From Licmophora abbreviata (Eukaryota): a DNA stretch of 35,466 nucleotides. Below the pieces are notes generated by a model that made no database searches, was not told the DNA's origin, and was given only the letters and a program-made list of their open reading frames with translations. Below, piece after piece: positions 1 to 10,981 of this stretch (position 1 is the stretch's first letter; each line of letters opens with the position of its first letter). The position numbers and the translations under genes are program-made. The stretch covers positions 62,001 through 97,466 of the forward strand of contig OLMU01003073.1 in assembly GCA_900291995.1 (NCBI GenBank), given 5' to 3'.

Positions 1-360
1 ATGATACACCCCTTCAGCACGACGCATCGCCCGAAGCAGGTAGCGGCGCATCTGGAAGAAAGCCAACAGACAGCACGGCCGACAAAAGTGTGTTGGTTTA
101 CCTTAGCGTCGCCGGTCTAGTTCTGTTGTTCGTATACGTTCTTGTACGACGAAGTCGCCGACGCAGTCGCTTCGAGATGGTCGAAATGAATGCATCGCGA
201 GTGGACATGGAATGCATCGAAGAGTCACTTACAGTGTAGATGACTTTAAGATCAAATTTAGGTTTGCCGAACTTTACGAAGAGAATTTTAAAAAGCAAGC
301 CGAACGATAGCGATGTAGGACGGTGTTCCGTTTTGCTCAAGAGCAAATACATTGCAACTT

Positions 361-2340
361 TTATCCCCACGGGGACTTGCGCTTCTGCCCCTTCTTTTCT
401 GCCTTTTTTGCGTTCTCTGCCGCGCCAGCATAGCGCTTCACGAACTCGGCAACCTTAAACTTGCGCTTGCATCCAGCGTAGTTCATATATCGAATCTTGC
501 CAAAGACCGGCCGCTCCTTCCAGCCCATATCATGAATTCCCATAATACTCCATCCGACGCCGACAAATCCGTTCGGGTCATTCCCGTCCAATGCGTACCT
601 GTCGTTCAGATATTGTGACGTTCGCAGCGCAACCAGTGGCGACTCGGTCCACTCCAAGATCTTCTTGGCCCAGTACATGCGAAGCTGCGATTGACGAGAT
701 CAATAGTGTTTCGGTGAGTACTGGTGCAGCTTTCTCATTGCTCCACACCACCCTAATAGACTCATACTTACAAATCCATGCATTTTGCCTTCTCGCACGA
801 GCTGCAGTTCGGCCGCATTCCACAAATCGTCGTGCGTTCTGCCCTGCTCCAGTTCCTCCAACGTGTACAGATACTCTCGCGCGTCCGATGTGTGCACCTC
901 GAGCGTTTCCTGCGCCCACCCGGCAGCAGCTTCCAACGAATCGTACGTGTCGGGAGAATAGTACACGTAATTGTCGCTCAATTCACGTCGGCATAAGCCC
1001 TCTTCGATGAACGCGGCCGTTCCATTGGCATACTTGTTAAGCTTTTTGACGTTCATGACAAGTGTCTGAAACGAAATGTGACCATGGTTGATCCAGGGTG
1101 ACAGACTCGAGCACACGTTGCGTTCGTTAGGGTCATTGCGGAGCGAATCAAATCGTTTCAGGCCATTCTCGACGAACATCTGAAACTGAGCCTCTGCATG
1201 ACTCGTCCCTGGCTGTGCCCAGTCGACCTTATCGACACAATCATCCAGCTTTAGAAACTCTTCGTATTGTTCCTTTTCAAACGTCGTCGTACATTTTTCG
1301 CTGCAATGTTTCATCTCATTTCCAACAAATTTCGGATAGTCTTGTAGGAACTTGGCAACGACCCTGTGAATCTTGGGACGCAACGTACGCGCTCCCACCT
1401 CACGCTTGGGCGACGCATGCCAAACAGGGACGATGTTGTGCGCATCGACTTGATGCAGCGGCACGGACCGTGCCTCCAACAGGGGCACCGTTTGCTCCTC
1501 CAGCCACTGTCGGTAGGGACGCAGAGGAGTCATGTCGCAGACGACCATTAGGGACTGGTACTTGTCAACGAGGTCGCAGACGGATTTTCCAACCGTATCG
1601 CGAGACGAAGGAGTGAGAATGTCCAAGGGAACTGCTTTTTGTTGCAATTCGTCGTGGACGCATGCGAGGCCGCCGAGCAAGAAGGAGCCGTGTCGTTTGG
1701 TCATATGCAGATCTAAAGCTGCAGGTGCAAGGTTTGGAGTGGAAGTAACATCGCAATCCCCACTTGGTGGGGGAAGAAGTGTATACACCACACGCAAGGG
1801 CACTTTAAATTTCTTGGCGACTGCCGTTGCATACAACAGGGCCCAGTTGTCGACGGTCCTCACATCGCGTTGCATCCAGTAGAGCACTGACTTTCCGGAA
1901 GCCTTGGGTTGGAGCGCTGGGGATGTCAGGACGCGGGTGCGTTCTGGTAGCATCCAGTCAGGTAGACTGTTGGTGTCGACATGAGTGACGGTAGGAGCGT
2001 AAGGGTTCCTGGGCATGGCTTTGGCAGAGCGGGACATGGTTCTGGCGGCGGTGGCTCTCGGTGAGAACGATCCGGTACCGGTGGTTTGACGAGGAGTTTC
2101 TGTCGAAGCAAAGGGACGGATGAAAGCACTGCGACACAGAAAGTTGTGTTCTAAAGAATGTATAGTCTGAGGAGAAAGCGTGGATGAATATGTCAGAGTT
2201 TTCTGGTGAGCATGTGCATAGTTTCTCACTGTGAACATCCATACCTGGCCCAGTGCTACTGTGGAAGACCCGAGAAGCAAAACAGAAGACGTAGCTCCAC
2301 AATGACGAACGAGGAAACGACCCAGTCGCTGTAGCTTCAT
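361..2340 (-). CDS. PHR1: Class II CPD DNA photolyase; 2 exons (2340-772, 684-361), intron 685-771; start may instead be the ATG at 2238 or 2037
   Basis: Class II motifs [68 protein letters not shown]. Removing a GTAAGT...CAG intron restores [18 protein letters not shown], followed by [15 protein letters not shown] and [14 protein letters not shown]. Confidence 0.95.
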
Positions 2341-2528
2341 AGAACGAGTCGCAAAGACAGAAAACGTTCAACACGACAGCGAAAGCGAGCAACGACAAGA
2401 GGGAGGAAGCAATGCCGTCGCCGTCGCCATGGTCGTCCTCAATGATGACGCAGAGATTTTTTTCAGATTTCGGGCGCGCGCTAAATATGCGCGATAGAAA
2501 ACACAAAAGACCGCCGCTGCTTTGGACC

Positions 2529-3791
2529 ATGGCGATGCTCCAAGAACGCCGGCGACGGTCCTCGCGTGCCTTATTGCACCTCACTGTGCTCATCCTGACT
2601 CTCGAAACGACGGTAGTCCATGCTTTCCTTGGTCAAACATCTCACTCACGAGGGAATTCCGCTTTCGTTGTCACGTCCCACCAATCGTCATCGTCACTGA
2701 GCGCGTCCATTGGCAGCACCTCCAACAACAGTGCCCCCAAACGACTTCAAGGATGCGTTTGTGTTGTCACGGGTGCATCGCGAGGCATTGGTAAGGGTAC
2801 TGCCATTGCACTGGGAAAGGAGGGTGCTATCGTCTATGTCACAGGCACATCCACGTCCAGCAAGAATAAGAGCAAGCGATCCGACGGACTGTATTCGACA
2901 GACGACGTTGTCGGTGGGCCAGGAACCATTGAAGAGACAGCTCAGCTAGTCACGGATTCTGGTGGACAGGGAATTCCTGTATATTGTAACCATGCGAACG
3001 ATCAACATGTAAAGGACCTGTTCGACTTGGTGGAAGAGCAGCAACAAGGACGACTCGACATTTTGGTCAACAACGTGTTTCGTGTTCCCCCGGGAGGCCC
3101 GTCTCGTCTCTCTGGCAAATTCTGGGAGCAAGGTGTGGACCTATGGGATGTACTGCATACAGTTGGGGTGAGAAGTCACTTTGTCGCTTCGTGTCATGCA
3201 GTTCCACTCATGATAGCCTCACGGCACCGCAACAACGACACAAGTGCGACAACCAACAGCAGCAACAAATACGGACTGGCCCGACCCTTGATTGCCATGA
3301 TTAGTTCCTTCGGTGGAATTACATATTCATTCAATGTTCCATATGGAGTTGGCAAGGCTGCTGTTGATCGGTTAGCAAAAGATATGGCAGTCGAGCTCGA
3401 GTCGGAAGACATCTGTGTCACTTCCTTTTGGCCTGGTGTAGTAAAGACGGAACGCAACGAGAACATGGTGACATCGGGCGAATGGGATGAGTTTGTGGGG
3501 ATACCATTGGACTATGCTGAAAGTCCCGAGTTGACGGGACGCGCCGTGGCAGCAGTGGCGACGGACCCACAGAATTTTCAAAAGAGCGGCACCCACCAAG
3601 TTGTGGCGGAACTCGCGGAGGAGTACCGCTTTCGAGATATCGACGGGTCTCTGCCGCCCAGCATACGAAGCCTGCGATTCTTGCTACCGACGTATGGCAG
3701 CGTGAGGCTTCCAGACTGGCTCATTCCCGACTGGAAGCTCCCATTTTGGGTCATGGCCGGTGGTAAACCCTCCGAACAGCAATCGAGATAG
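2529..3791 (+). CDS. Short-chain dehydrogenase/reductase, DHRS1-like, with predicted bipartite (plastid-type) presequence; start uncertain (ORF open from 2412)
   Basis: Rossmann motif VTGASRGIGKG, LDILVNN, catalytic S...YGVGK (YxxxK), C-terminal ESPELTGRAVAAVATDP typical of DHRS1-like SDRs. Hydrophobic LLHLTVLILTLETTVVHA-F followed by a Ser-rich stretch. Confidence 0.88.
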   Translation: MAMLQERRRRSSRALLHLTVLILTLETTVVHAFLGQTSHSRGNSAFVVTSHQSSSSLSASIGSTSNNSAPKRLQGCVCVVTGASRGIGKGTAIALGKEGAIVYVTGTSTSSKNKSKRSDGLYSTDDVVGGPGTIEETAQLVTDSGGQGIPVYCNHANDQHVKDLFDLVEEQQQGRLDILVNNVFRVPPGGPSRLSGKFWEQGVDLWDVLHTVGVRSHFVASCHAVPLMIASRHRNNDTSATTNSSNKYGLARPLIAMISSFGGITYSFNVPYGVGKAAVDRLAKDMAVELESEDICVTSFWPGVVKTERNENMVTSGEWDEFVGIPLDYAESPELTGRAVAAVATDPQNFQKSGTHQVVAELAEEYRFRDIDGSLPPSIRSLRFLLPTYGSVRLPDWLIPDWKLPFWVMAGGKPSEQQSR

Positions 3792-4202
3792 AGTGAGTAA
3801 ATGCCCTACTATTATAGAGCTAGCTAGCGAATACGGACGTCCCTCTGTACATCACTCTTCGGAAATTCAACGCATGATGCTGTTGACATCGTCGGTTCCA
3901 CTCTTCCAACAGAGACTGTCTCTCATGTCCCCCCACAGTACCTGTTAATAGCTTACTCTTTCATCACTTCCACAAAACGAAAATGTCACACACAAAAAGC
4001 TTCTTTCGAATTCCTCGCGCGTTGGATCGCGCGTGGCGAGGCAACATTGGCCACCCATTTTTCACGCCATCACATTTTTTCTCGGCTTCAATCCGTGGCG
4101 TCTCACTTTCTCGAACCGACAAGCATAAGCGGATCGTTTCTGATCGAGCTGTATGCCGACCTGTCCATACAAACTACGTTAGCAGCGAAACTTCCTGCTT
4201 TT

Positions 4203-5141
4203 ATGTTTCGAAAACCCAAGCGATCTGCGAAAGCGGCGCTGCGTAGTAAAAAGAGGGAAGCCGAGGAAGAAAACGATCACGCCGCCGTGACTGATGCTGG
4301 AGACGGCAACAGCGATGAAGAGGGAGAGACGTCGCAGCTCTTGGATGAAGCAAGAAAGCTATCCAAGAAACAAAGACTTGTGACAGATACGACCAGTGGT
4401 AACAGCCTCAAAACTGACGACGCCTCAAGCAAGAAGGTCCTTCACTCGTACCAAGCATCGGGCTCAGCAGGCATATCAGAGAAGGAGCTGGCCACAAGTA
4501 CCGCTCAACATCACCCCGAAAAGCAACAGCAGTCTGAGGCTGCTGAGAAGGGAGACGACGGGATTTTTCGAGACACTACCCGCAACAAGTTTCTGGCGGG
4601 ACCCATCAAAGCGTCTTCGTTCGTACGCACCACTGCACGGTTTGACTATCAACCCGACGTTTGCAAAGACTACAAGGACACTGGCTTCTGTGGCTTCGGC
4701 GATTCATGCATCTATTTACACGATCGGGGGGATACTCTGACAGGCTGGCAGTTGGAACAGCAATATGAAGAACAAAAGAAGAAAGAACGAGAACAACGCG
4801 AGCTTGATCTTTTTGCGGGAACCAAAGATGGAAGTGAATCGATGGCGCAGTCCGGTATATCAGACGATGGGTTGCCATTCGCCTGCCATTTGTGTCGAAA
4901 GGCCTTTCAAGATCCGGTAGTTACCTCCTGCGGTCATTACTTTTGTGAAAAGTGTATTTTGAACGTGTTCCGCAACTCTGAGAAAGGATCTTGTCCGATT
5001 TGTGGAAAGGACACACATGGAGTCTTCAACCAACCGACCAAGCTTATCAGTAAGAAACGGCGACTCGTCGGAAGCAGCGCGACATGGCAAGATTTTGCAG
5101 ACGCCGCGCGGAACAGCAAATCGGAAGATAACGACGTCTGA
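4203..5141 (+). CDS. CWC24: Pre-mRNA splicing factor Cwc24/RNF113A (CCCH zinc finger + RING)
   Basis: GPIKASSFVRTTARFDYQPDVCKDYKDTGFCGFGDSCIYLHDRGD (CCCH) and LPFACHLCRKAFQDPVVTSCGHYFCEKC...CPICGKDTHGVFN (RING). First ATG is at 4203 (MFRKPKR). Confidence 0.95.
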   Translation: MFRKPKRSAKAALRSKKREAEEENDHAAVTDAGDGNSDEEGETSQLLDEARKLSKKQRLVTDTTSGNSLKTDDASSKKVLHSYQASGSAGISEKELATSTAQHHPEKQQQSEAAEKGDDGIFRDTTRNKFLAGPIKASSFVRTTARFDYQPDVCKDYKDTGFCGFGDSCIYLHDRGDTLTGWQLEQQYEEQKKKEREQRELDLFAGTKDGSESMAQSGISDDGLPFACHLCRKAFQDPVVTSCGHYFCEKCILNVFRNSEKGSCPICGKDTHGVFNQPTKLISKKRRLVGSSATWQDFADAARNSKSEDNDV

Positions 5142-5189
5142 ATCCATGTTTTACTTTTTAGTCACGGTCGTAGTCGATTTGTTGTTATC

Positions 5190-8100
5190 TTAGGACTGAC
5201 CATTCTGCTGAAAGGCCATGCACTTATCAAACACATGTGGGCGCACAGAGAAACGTAGGATATCGACAATTCTTGGGATCACCATGTCGCTTCGATGACA
5301 TTCGCGAAATGTAGCGACAAGCATCTTTTCTCGTACGCCACCGGGAGGTAGCAGTTTGGCACACGCTGTCATGAAGTTCAAGTAGGTAATCATGGTAGGC
5401 TCGACGTTTGAGTCAATCATGTCCTTCAACGTTGTACGCGCAATTTTATATGCATTGGCCTTGTCTTCTTTCGTACCACTTGTATAGGCACATGCATTCA
5501 GAATGGAAGAGTACGTCGTGACATTCGGCTTCGCGTTGGCGTCGCCCCCCTTTTCGTACGCCGTTTTCATACGCTTGAATATCTCACGAGCACGAGCGGG
5601 CTTATTTGGGTCCTGGCTCTTGGCAATAGCATTGATCACAGCATTATAGCAGTACGCATTGGGTTTCGCATGTTGCCGACCGTTTCGAAATGCATCCTCC
5701 ATTCGATCCAAGAGGCGAACTGCCCGGTCTGCGGCATCGGGTTCTCCGCTCTTGGACAACGCATTCACAACAGCAGAATAAGTGACTGCATTCGGCCGTA
5801 GGAGACTCTGTCCTCGGTCGTTCAGTTCTTCCATGCGCTGCAAAATGGCCTCTGCTCGATCGGCGGCCCCCGGCTGACCACTCTGTGCCCAACAGTTGAG
5901 GACGGTCGAGAAGCTCACAGTATCTGGTTGAACATCGTCGTCACCTTCCTCATACTCCTCCTGCATTCGATTCAGTATCTTCTCGGCTCGTTGTGGCGCA
6001 TCCCTCTGCCTACTCTTGGCCAGCGAGTTAAGCACGCTATTGAAACTGAATCGGTTAGGGCTAACGCCACGTGTTTGATCAATCTTTTGAACAAGCGCTT
6101 CGGCAGCATCAGCTTGTCCCCTCTGTGCGTATGCATCAATCACGGTTGTGAAGCTGACGATCGACGGAGAAGCATAGGAATCGTTCGATCTGTTTGTGAC
6201 TTCCATCATGCGTTGAAGCACACGCTCCGCGGCATCAGGGTGGCCCATTTTGGCATGTGCATGGAGAACCGTGTTGTATGTGAGTTCATTTGGTCGCACA
6301 TTATCGTTGCCGTTTCGGTGCTGCTCCTCCATCCACTGCAGTATGTCTCCCACCTTTCTCTCGCAATCTGTTGCTCCACTCTTTATGATGGAGTCCATGA
6401 CGGAGTTGTACGTGATAACGTCAGCCTGCAACCCACGGTCACTTATCTCCTGTAGCAAGTCCTCCACCTCATTGGGATATTCCTTCGACGGGCACCTTGC
6501 CACTAGTCGCAACACGACATTGTAAGTAATGCGATCAGGTCTTGAAAACGAGTTCCCTGCCTCATAATCTTCCTTCATTTGTTTCAATACCTCTCGCGCT
6601 CGTTCCGCAGCTTTATCGTATGCACCAGACGTCGCCCATGCATTGAGGAGACAATTGTAGCTAATTGTCTCTGGGAGAGCCGACGGGTTGTGCCCGTTCT
6701 GCATGTGTCGTAGCAGCTGTTCGGCCCGTTCAACCGAAGTGGTATTCACATTGTCCCGTCGAAAAGGCATTGCTTTTTCGGTGCCGCGTCGAGAATATGC
6801 GTCCAACACAATGTTGTATGGAATGATATCGGGTCTGAGACTAGGATTTTCTTCAGACCTCAGTTCACATTCAAGCAATAGTTTCTCCGCCCGTTCCGCG
6901 CCTAATGGATCCGACGATCGGCACCACGCATCAATCACAGAGGAGTAGCTGACAATATCGGGACCTTCCGGAATGACGCGGCTCGTGTTCAGCTGATCCA
7001 TGCGCTTTAGCAACGCCTCAGCTCGTTCCGGCGATTGGGGGTCATCGGCAGTTTTCGCCAGTGCGTCCATCACAGTGTTGTAGCAAACACTGTTGGGAGC
7101 AAACCCTACGACTTCCACGTTGCTTTCCATTTGCAACAAGAGATCCTCTGCCTTTCTCACCTCACCAGCATTCGCAAATGCTAAAAGCATGGTGGCATAC
7201 GTTGCAACATTCATCGGTATCCCAGAGTCCTTCAACTCGCCCATGAGCAACGCGGCACTGGTCGCGTGAGTCGGATCTTTCTCGGCGAGGGATGCATGCG
7301 CATACATGGTGGCATTGAAGGCGACGGGTTCGTCGCATTGATGTCGAATCGACTTCAGCAATCGTTCTGCTTGTTCCGCCCGATTTGGCAGGCCACTTTG
7401 AACCCATGCTGTCAACAACAAGATGATCGCTTCTTTGTCCGGTTCGGGGTAGTTTGTATCGTGCCTCATGGTATCTACAAACTGTTCCATGCGGTCCAAG
7501 CAATCCCGTGGAGACCTAGCGCCACCCAAGGCGTTCTGAACAACATCGTCGTCCAGCCTCTGATCCCCAAACGTAGACAGAAACCAACATCGTTTCGACC
7601 AGACAGTGAGTTCCATGTTGCATGTTAAGTAGTCGGGTACTACTGCTTTATTCGATGAATCCTCCAGAAGGCGGTTCATGAGCTGTAGTATTTCAGAAGC
7701 TTTACCCAGTGCATTTTGGTGGTTTTCCATTTGAGGTTGGAATCGCAATCGGCGTCTGGATACAACCATCGATTGGAAAGTCCCTCGAAAGGGCATCAAG
7801 TATCGTTCTATGAACGAGATCAATCCACCCACACTCGACTCATTTGTCTTAATGACTGCCTGAAGAAGCTCAGGATCGTCCTTTTCTAGAACCCATTGCC
7901 ATAGCGCCTCAGCCTTGAGCGTTGCTTGTTGTTCCATATTATGATCGTTGCCGGCGGTCACTGCTATTTGTAGTGGCCTCCGACCTGCCCAGTACTGAAA
8001 GGCCACTCTGAATTCTTGCAGCGATGCTGGTGTCAGCGAGTCCATTGCTAGCAGTCGCCCTGTCGCACGCTCCATGTGTTCGTACTCGAGCTGCGCGGCG

Positions 8101-8405
8101 CGGTCTTGTTCCGGAGATGACGACGAGCGTAACGGCGACGAGGGTGACGGTGATGGCGACAACCGGTCGTTTTGCGGTTGAGACTTCTTTTCATCATCAT
8201 TCTTGCCTTCCAATGTATTATCCACTGAGAGGAACCGAACATGTTGACTATTACTACTTGATATTTTCCATTCAGACCGCCGCATGTGGCATAATAACTG
8301 TGCAGTCTGACACCGTCGATGTCTAATAGACACGCCATCAGCCATATTGACCTGCAGCATGCGACGTACGCGAACGGCGGACTGTGCTGTCGCAGCAGAT
8401 CTCAT
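5190..8405 (-). CDS. Pentatricopeptide repeat (PPR) protein, probably organelle-targeted
   Basis: 1071-aa ORF with more than 12 tandem degenerate repeats of the form P[DN]xx[ST][YF]NxV[LI]xA[WY]xxSG...AExLLxxM. Arg-rich, acid-poor N-terminus. Confidence 0.92.
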   Translation of the reverse strand: MRSAATAQSAVRVRRMLQVNMADGVSIRHRRCQTAQLLCHMRRSEWKISSSNSQHVRFLSVDNTLEGKNDDEKKSQPQNDRLSPSPSPSSPLRSSSSPEQDRAAQLEYEHMERATGRLLAMDSLTPASLQEFRVAFQYWAGRRPLQIAVTAGNDHNMEQQATLKAEALWQWVLEKDDPELLQAVIKTNESSVGGLISFIERYLMPFRGTFQSMVVSRRRLRFQPQMENHQNALGKASEILQLMNRLLEDSSNKAVVPDYLTCNMELTVWSKRCWFLSTFGDQRLDDDVVQNALGGARSPRDCLDRMEQFVDTMRHDTNYPEPDKEAIILLLTAWVQSGLPNRAEQAERLLKSIRHQCDEPVAFNATMYAHASLAEKDPTHATSAALLMGELKDSGIPMNVATYATMLLAFANAGEVRKAEDLLLQMESNVEVVGFAPNSVCYNTVMDALAKTADDPQSPERAEALLKRMDQLNTSRVIPEGPDIVSYSSVIDAWCRSSDPLGAERAEKLLLECELRSEENPSLRPDIIPYNIVLDAYSRRGTEKAMPFRRDNVNTTSVERAEQLLRHMQNGHNPSALPETISYNCLLNAWATSGAYDKAAERAREVLKQMKEDYEAGNSFSRPDRITYNVVLRLVARCPSKEYPNEVEDLLQEISDRGLQADVITYNSVMDSIIKSGATDCERKVGDILQWMEEQHRNGNDNVRPNELTYNTVLHAHAKMGHPDAAERVLQRMMEVTNRSNDSYASPSIVSFTTVIDAYAQRGQADAAEALVQKIDQTRGVSPNRFSFNSVLNSLAKSRQRDAPQRAEKILNRMQEEYEEGDDDVQPDTVSFSTVLNCWAQSGQPGAADRAEAILQRMEELNDRGQSLLRPNAVTYSAVVNALSKSGEPDAADRAVRLLDRMEDAFRNGRQHAKPNAYCYNAVINAIAKSQDPNKPARAREIFKRMKTAYEKGGDANAKPNVTTYSSILNACAYTSGTKEDKANAYKIARTTLKDMIDSNVEPTMITYLNFMTACAKLLPPGGVREKMLVATFRECHRSDMVIPRIVDILRFSVRPHVFDKCMAFQQNGQS

Positions 8406-8980
8406 GCTGCTACTGATCGTTCAGATAGATGCAAACCTCAAGTTAGGGAAAAGGAGAATACGAGCAGGCTGCTTTTTCTATCCTTTCTTGCGATCCTATT
8501 GCCATTTACCAGCATATCGTGGTCGTCGTCGTACATGGATGTTTCATGTTTCGTCTCTTTTTCGAAATTCATGGCTGACAGGATAGTTCCGACTCTTCGA
8601 GCAATACAGATTCCTGATTCTGATAGAGGCAGCCGCTCTACAAGAGGACGTCTCGCGCTTGAAAAGTCGCGCGGTTTCCCGCAGATTGATTTGAGGAAAT
8701 GAAAAAAGGAGCGGCTCTCCTCACAGAGACCATGACGACGATGACGGCGAGGATAGGCGCTCAAGACTGACTCGAATCCTCCAGAGTGCTGGTGGTTCAC
8801 GGTGTGTCACCGCTCAAGTAAAGAGAATCTTGCAGCAAGACTGCAAAAAACATGCAGATTCGTCGTTCGGGGACCAAGTTCAATCAGAGGAATACTTTTT
8901 GTGGAACATGCTTCTCTTCACTACAGGTTTCCGATGCTACTATTGCTGACTCACGACATCACCGCCGCTCATCATGGCCG

Positions 8981-10453
8981 ATGCGAACATGGTTGCTCCA
9001 TTTTCTGAAAAGCGTGGCGTGTTTTGCTATCATCATTGCCGTTGTTCATCATCATGCTGTGCCGCACCAACCCTTGCTGTCTGGACAACATCATGTCAAT
9101 GCTTCATCCGTCTCCACAAAGCAAACGTCAAGTAGTGACGATGGCTCGTCATCGACGACGACGACGACGAACGATGAACCAACAGCAGTCCAGAAAAAGG
9201 CCAGCCGAAGAGAAAACGGCGAAACTGCAAAGATTAGGATGGAGGAGCGGCTGAAGAAGCAATTCAGGGAAAAATCAGGTGTTTTTGAGGAGGAACCCCA
9301 TCGCGACCAAGAATTTGAAGATCGCAAGAGCCGTGCGTTTTCCAAAATGAATTTAGTGCAGAAAGAGAAGCCCAGTTGTGTCTATCCAAAATTTGACGAA
9401 AAGAAAACTGGATGGCACTTCTTTGACATTGAGAATTATAAGATTTCATCTGAACGACGAAAGCTAACGACACAAATCGCAATAGAAGAATCCGAAGCAG
9501 AGTCCGCTACGATTGATGAAGGTTTTGAACTGTACTTGCAGCGAGCGGGCAACCAATCTAATACTACCTTATTGCGACGGCGACTCGACCGAGCAGGCAC
9601 CAAGCCCGTGAGTCACAAAGGCAAAATGGCTTTCATTCACATTGGCAAGACTGCAGGGACCACCGTCTCCAAGTTCCTTCTCGAGGCGCAGCGTGTTTAT
9701 TATGCCAACAACAAGGAAGAATTTCGTTTTCGTGACTCGGCAATATCACGACAGGTCGATCTTGTTGTCCACGACCACAATCTTGCTGAGATCAATGCAA
9801 AGCAGACACCGACGCATAGCCGCTTCTTGATTACGGTTCGGCATCCGGTTCATCGCATGCAAAGCTGGTTCGATTACGAACATCACTGGGAAAATAAATT
9901 TTGCGGCAAGGCCATGGTGTACACGTGCTACGATACATTCGATCAACTTGCAACCGAAGGACTTACCGGATCGCGACCAAGACCCAGTATTTATAGACTC
10001 AGCATGAACTTGACAAAGTCTCAATGCCGTCACTGGGCATGGGGTGCCATTCAAGGCAAGGCAGCATCCAATGCGCACAACTTTTGGAACTATGAAAAAT
10101 ACACACGATCCATTTTTCCAATAAAAGACAGGCAGATGTACGTGATTCGACAAGAATACGTTTGGGACGACTGGAAAAATATCGATTGGATGGTTGGAGG
10201 TCGAGGTGATATGCCTACGACAGATGGCGAGGAAGTAGAGTTCAATAAAATGAAGAGAACAAAGAAGTTCTTATCAGAAGTTGGGCGTCGAAATGTCTGC
10301 AGAGCTTTGTGCGATGAGATTCAGGTGTACAAGCAGCTGATTGATGAAGCGGTCAATCTAAAGGACGAAGAGAAAAGGCAATCACTACGCGAACTCCAAA
10401 TAGAGTGTCCGGAAGAGACGAGCCTCGAAGTAAGAAGTTGCTCGTACGACTGA
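8981..10453 (+). CDS. Sulfotransferase-fold type II membrane protein (start 8981 or 8852)
   Basis: N-terminal TM (VACFAIIIAVV), low-complexity stem, 5'-PSB-like FIHIGKTAGTT and 3'-PB-like ITVRHPVHRMQSWFDY. Confidence 0.75.
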   Translation: MRTWLLHFLKSVACFAIIIAVVHHHAVPHQPLLSGQHHVNASSVSTKQTSSSDDGSSSTTTTTNDEPTAVQKKASRRENGETAKIRMEERLKKQFREKSGVFEEEPHRDQEFEDRKSRAFSKMNLVQKEKPSCVYPKFDEKKTGWHFFDIENYKISSERRKLTTQIAIEESEAESATIDEGFELYLQRAGNQSNTTLLRRRLDRAGTKPVSHKGKMAFIHIGKTAGTTVSKFLLEAQRVYYANNKEEFRFRDSAISRQVDLVVHDHNLAEINAKQTPTHSRFLITVRHPVHRMQSWFDYEHHWENKFCGKAMVYTCYDTFDQLATEGLTGSRPRPSIYRLSMNLTKSQCRHWAWGAIQGKAASNAHNFWNYEKYTRSIFPIKDRQMYVIRQEYVWDDWKNIDWMVGGRGDMPTTDGEEVEFNKMKRTKKFLSEVGRRNVCRALCDEIQVYKQLIDEAVNLKDEEKRQSLRELQIECPEETSLEVRSCSYD

Positions 10454-10981
10454 GAGAAGCAATACTCGTGGTATGGTCGCGTCGACACAGCCCGCGGCAG
10501 TGAACACACGGTGTGCAATAGAAAGGATATTACCTGGCTAGCAGACGTAAAACAGCTCGCTCACGCTCCGCTGTAACATCATAATGGTATGAGAAGGACG
10601 TACCATCAAGTACGACACAAGAAATTACGCTTAGCTCGCGCCATAACTATTATGGCTCCCCTAGCGGCTCTGCCGACTATTTTAAGGCCTAGTCAGTCGC
10701 TCTACCTGATACCGATACAACGGATACTGAACTCACTGAACTGCGACAATTCGCCTCCCGAGTGCCTTGCGGTCGCTTTTATCTGCACGCCTGACCGTCG
10801 GGATGATGACGGACGATCGAGAAAGATGACGCCATCAACCGCGCGCGTGTCGACAAAAGGTGTGATGATGTGGCGACGTGACAGACGACAAGTATGATAC
10901 GAAATACGCACTTCATGGCAACGTCTCCACCTCGTCTTTCTTGCCAGGCTCTGTGAACGAAGGGAAGAGATACACTGCAGC

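Noticed and set aside
1..220. Possible minus-strand gene start at the left edge (MHSMSTRDAF..., candidate donor at 100-101)
   Set aside because: No recognisable motif, the implied intron would be only about 50 nt, and there is too little sequence to support it.
1958..2593. 211-aa minus-strand ORF overlapping the photolyase and SDR starts
   Set aside because: Off-frame overlap with two well-supported genes and no domain features.
5190..7400. Periodic sequence similarity suggestive of a DNA repeat array
   Set aside because: Fully explained by degenerate PPR protein repeats; there are no identical nucleotide repeats with spacers.
9150..9175. (GAC)n trinucleotide run, with similar GTC/GGC runs near 17410-17432
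   Set aside because: Short microsatellite encoding poly-Thr, or a GC-rich promoter tract. Ordinary low complexity, not a repeat array.
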